The notes under the pieces: generated by a model
The model's input: the letters and a program-made list of their open reading frames with translations, nothing else
What the model was told of the DNA's origin: nothing
The model's database searches: none
From: Gammaproteobacteria bacterium
Lineage (GTDB): Bacteria > Pseudomonadota > Gammaproteobacteria > QZLD01
DNA length: 64,000 nucleotides
Reading direction: 5' to 3'
Assembly: GCA_033852155.1 (NCBI GenBank)
Contig: JAWSVA010000010.1
Span: forward strand, 65,412-129,411
Made by a program: the position numbers and the translations under genes
In this document: positions 61,330-64,000 of the stretch, in pieces
How positions within the stretch are numbered: the first letter of the stretch is position 1
Layout: each line of letters starts with the position of its first letter

Positions 61330-61436
61330 GGGTTTCGCACTCAGCACCAACCTACATTTTTCTTCAAAGTACCATCATATTTTCCTACCCTTCACTTGTG
61401 CTGAGCGTCGCCGAAGTGCGCTCAGGGGTCGGAAAT
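61330..61436. repeat. intergenic repeat copy (e): CACCAACCTACATTTTTC, CCTTCACTTGTGCTGAGCG and GCGCTCAGGGGTCGGAAATAATC modules
   Basis: Shares the CCTACATT core and the TTCACTTCGAC...GCTCAGCGGGCGGAAAATAAT-type tail with copies b and c. Confidence 0.6.
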
Positions 61437-61438
61437 AA

Positions 61439-62290
61439 TCACTCTTCAGCAAAAGAGTCCTTATCTATCAAACCAAGATAGGTCTCTCTTCTACTTCTGC
61501 TTAGTGCCAAAATCTCCGCCTCACTCCAATTATAATTAAGAGCTATAGTGTGGATCTCATTAAACAGATCTTTTCCGCCTTCCTTTTGCAACAAGTAGTA
61601 CGGATCTAAACGAATTTGATGCTCTGTCCCACACTCTGGGCAACCAGCATTAATACTAGTAATAATTCCCGGAGAAACCTCATCAAGCGCCGCCTCAATC
61701 TTCTCCAGATCTTCAGCGGTAAACTCAAGATTCTCATTAGAACAAAGGCATAATCCGATTAATAAATCTTCGGCGCCTTTCATATCTATTTTACGATTGG
61801 TCTTATCTGTAAGACTTGCTACTGCCTCTTGGTCAACACCAGTTGGGACACGGAATGTTTTAGCCCCATGTGATGTATCAAGAGTAATGAACGGAAAACT
61901 CTTCTGAGCAGGAGTTACTGGAAAATCAGAATTGGTAAGTTGGAAATCAAAATCCGCCTTACAATTTGAGCACTTTTTAGAAAACCAATAAGAATCATAA
62001 CCAAGCATAATTGCCAGTTTGCGCATCAGAAACTGTCTGTCGGCAACCGAAAAATTATGGACGATATCGCGAGTAGGCTTCCTACCCTCAAAGGTCTCTA
62101 GTGCAGCCACCAATACAGACGTAACCAAAGATGGCACAGATGTAACCTGAGCAGAAAGTGAAGCAGGAGCAGATTCAACCCCTACCATCGCTTCAATAAT
62201 ATCCAGCTCCATCTGCCCGGTTAAAGAGCGAAAACTATAGCTCTTTAAACAGGTTCGGCCATCCCAATATCCACCAGGAAGTGTTTCCAC
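61439..62290 (-). CDS. hypothetical eCIS-associated protein with putative Cys4 zinc ribbon
   Basis: 283 aa with CSNCK...(~100 aa)...CPECG cysteine pairs. No family recognised. Located between the tube gene and the disordered protein. Confidence 0.3.
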   Translation of the reverse strand: METLPGGYWDGRTCLKSYSFRSLTGQMELDIIEAMVGVESAPASLSAQVTSVPSLVTSVLVAALETFEGRKPTRDIVHNFSVADRQFLMRKLAIMLGYDSYWFSKKCSNCKADFDFQLTNSDFPVTPAQKSFPFITLDTSHGAKTFRVPTGVDQEAVASLTDKTNRKIDMKGAEDLLIGLCLCSNENLEFTAEDLEKIEAALDEVSPGIITSINAGCPECGTEHQIRLDPYYLLQKEGGKDLFNEIHTIALNYNWSEAEILALSRSRRETYLGLIDKDSFAEE

Positions 62291-62324
62291 TATTCCTTAC
62301 CTCGCCTTTCAGCTAAAGCCACAA

Positions 62325-62834
62325 CTAAGCTTCAGTCGGCTCTGATACGCTAGTATCTCTTTCCCAGCCTTCATGCTGCAAAGTGACAGTTTGAATACCA
62401 ACAGCGTTCATGCTACCAGCATCCAAATCAGGCAATGCCTGAAAATCAGAAACCCAAGCACGATAAAGCTTATAAGAGATAGCAACCTCACCTTGCAGAT
62501 TAAGGACATTGATGATGATATCTTTTCTGAAGTTCTTTAAAGAGATCGCAGAATCGCCATCAATATTGTTCACTGACTTAGCCCAATCCTCAAAAATAGG
62601 ATCGTGAGTCAAACCCATCTCTAAAGTAACAGGCTCGTAGCTTGAACCACCAGGCATTACTCTCTCGTGAGAAGGATCGCCTGCACTACGCCATTTAACC
62701 GCTTCAGTCTTTTTCTTCAGTGCGCCCATCTTGCGTAGACCAGCTACTGACTTACCATCGATAATCACCTGAAACTTAAAAGTTCTGTAAGGATCATGAC
62801 GGTGCGTATTAACATTAAACATTGGTGCTGCCAT
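62325..62834 (-). CDS. contractile tail tube protein (T4 gp19 / Afp1-Pvc1 family)
   Basis: 169 aa. YRTFKFQVIIDGKSVAGLRKMGALKKKTEAVKWRSAGDPSHERVMPGGSSYEPVTLEMGLTHD matches the tube-protein signature F.F.V.I.G..V.G.....GL....EV.EYR.GG...PG...Y..vTL..G.t.D. Confidence 0.85.
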   Translation of the reverse strand: MAAPMFNVNTHRHDPYRTFKFQVIIDGKSVAGLRKMGALKKKTEAVKWRSAGDPSHERVMPGGSSYEPVTLEMGLTHDPIFEDWAKSVNNIDGDSAISLKNFRKDIIINVLNLQGEVAISYKLYRAWVSDFQALPDLDAGSMNAVGIQTVTLQHEGWERDTSVSEPTEA

Positions 62835-62911
62835 TGTTTTATTCCTTTTTCAATTCTTCCCTGAAAAAGCCCTCAAGAGAGCTTTCTCAGATTGATTACT
62901 TATTCGTTAGC

Positions 62912-64000
62912 TTATTGCTGTCCAACTTTTTGTTGGATTCTCAAGATTACAAACTCAGCAGGTTTTAACGGCGCAAAACCAACAACAGCAATAACTTGTC
63001 CTCTGTCGATATCAGCTTGAGTCATTGTGTCACCAAGTCCACAACGCACAAAATAAGCATCAGAAGCCTTAGTACCTTGGAAGGCACCGGCACGGAAAAG
63101 ACCATTCATAAACGATTCAATATTCACACGCAGTGAAGACCAAAGGTCATTATTATTTGGCTCAAACACAGCCCATTGAATGCCGTCAGAAACGCTTTCC
63201 TCAATAAACATAGCTGTTCTTCTGACAGGAACATAACGCCACTCAGGGTCAGCCTTAGTGGCCAGAGTACGCGCACCCCAAACAACAGAACCATAAGATG
63301 GCAATGTTCTAAGAGCATTAACACCAAGAGGATTCAGATAATCCTGCTCGCTATCTTCAACGATATACTCAAGACCATTAAGGCCAAGTACACCAGTTTC
63401 AACACCAGCAGGAGCTTTCCACACACCACGTCTAGCGTCAGTCTTAGCCCATATGCCAGCTGCAAAAGCAGAAGACTGAACCAATACATTCTTAGCAGCT
63501 CCTGGGTTAGTGTCTGCATTATAGAAAGGATTTGAAACTTGCGCCCAAGGATAATAAGTTGCGCAGTAAGTTTTAGTAGGAAGACCAAGATCGGTAACAT
63601 CCTTCTCTTGCTCCAGCTCAGTGCTAGGAGGAAGATCGACGATAACCATACGGCTCTTCATCTGCTCACAGTGAGCCACCGCAGATTCAATCGCAGGCTT
63701 ATGAGCGCTGTTCCACCATTTGCCAGGAAGACAGATAACATTGATATCACGAATCTTCACAAACTTAGCGAATACATAATCATAAGCGCCGTTATCAGCA
63801 GCAGCACCATCTTTGCCACCTTCCAACACAACCTCAACCGCATCACCAGCAGCAAGCTTATTAATAGCAGCAGCTTTAAGGCCAGATAAAGCCTCAGCAG
63901 AGATATAGTTTGAAACACCGTTGATATTACCAACGATATACTCAGCTTTATCAGCAGAGTTTAAGCTGATGTCAGCGAATCTCTCTGCAGCTTCAAAATC
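62912..64000 (-). CDS. contractile tail sheath protein (gp18/Afp2-4 family), 5' end beyond window
   Basis: The reading frame stays open on the minus strand from 63829 to position 64000 (checked codon by codon), so the gene is truncated by the window edge. The C-terminal region (GVNALRTLPSYGSVVWGARTLA...AYFVRCGLGDTMTQ) is typical of the sheath C-domain. Confidence 0.8.
   Translation of the reverse strand, partial: DFEAAERFADISLNSADKAEYIVGNINGVSNYISAEALSGLKAAAINKLAAGDAVEVVLEGGKDGAAADNGAYDYVFAKFVKIRDINVICLPGKWWNSAHKPAIESAVAHCEQMKSRMVIVDLPPSTELEQEKDVTDLGLPTKTYCATYYPWAQVSNPFYNADTNPGAAKNVLVQSSAFAAGIWAKTDARRGVWKAPAGVETGVLGLNGLEYIVEDSEQDYLNPLGVNALRTLPSYGSVVWGARTLATKADPEWRYVPVRRTAMFIEESVSDGIQWAVFEPNNNDLWSSLRVNIESFMNGLFRAGAFQGTKASDAYFVRCGLGDTMTQADIDRGQVIAVVGFAPLKPAEFVILRIQQKVGQQ

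Noticed and set aside
44761-64000. Integrated prophage
   Set aside because: Only tail, baseplate, sheath, ATPase and cap functions are present. There are no capsid, portal, terminase, integrase or lysis cassette genes in the window. Gene content matches eCIS/PLTS.
44761-64000. Canonical type VI secretion system
   Set aside because: No TssB/TssC-type split sheath, TssM, TssL, TssA or ClpV. Sheath and tube are gp18/gp19-like, and a cap-like protein and gpI/gpJ/gp25 P2-like baseplate set are present.

Overview
This 64 kb window comes from a low-GC (~38-40%) gammaproteobacterium-like chromosome. Two very different halves. Positions 1-22.5 kb are ordinary housekeeping genes in conserved synteny, mostly on the minus strand: rlmE/ftsJ divergent from yhbY, a FabH-like condensing enzyme plus CoA-transferase pair, greA, carB-carA, a plus-strand RND efflux pair, a PEP-CTERM secreted protein, dapB, dnaJ-dnaK-grpE with sigma32-type promoters, nadK and recN. 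Positions 22.5-44 kb are accessory and signalling genes: a PleD-like pseudoREC-REC-GGDEF regulator; a tandem array of four soluble MCP-domain paralogs, three of which share an unrecognised ~190-aa C-terminal domain; a LysR regulator; a YaiI-family protein; a secreted S8 subtilase with tandem Ig-like domains; and a 1271-aa GAF hybrid histidine kinase with HPt. From 44.7 kb to the window end (and continuing beyond it) lies a phage-tail-like extracellular contractile injection system (eCIS/PLTS-like) operon, entirely on the minus strand and tightly coupled. Its recognisable parts are a sheath (truncated by the window edge), tail tube, putative DUF4255-like cap, AAA+ ATPase, a second tube-like protein, a LysM protein, a gpD-like hub and a gpV/gp5-like spike as separate genes, gp25/W, Baseplate_J-like and gpI-like proteins, and large fibre/baseplate proteins. 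The gene order differs from Afp/PVC, most visibly in the ATPase and putative cap sitting directly after sheath and tube. Immediately downstream is an 806-aa DUF4157 (HExxH zincin-like) protein, the best cargo-toxin candidate, followed by three small lipoprotein/acidic/2-TM genes. A family of structured palindromic intergenic repeats punctuates the eCIS operon, with one partial copy elsewhere in the window. No rRNA, tRNA, CRISPR array, IS element or integrase was recognised.
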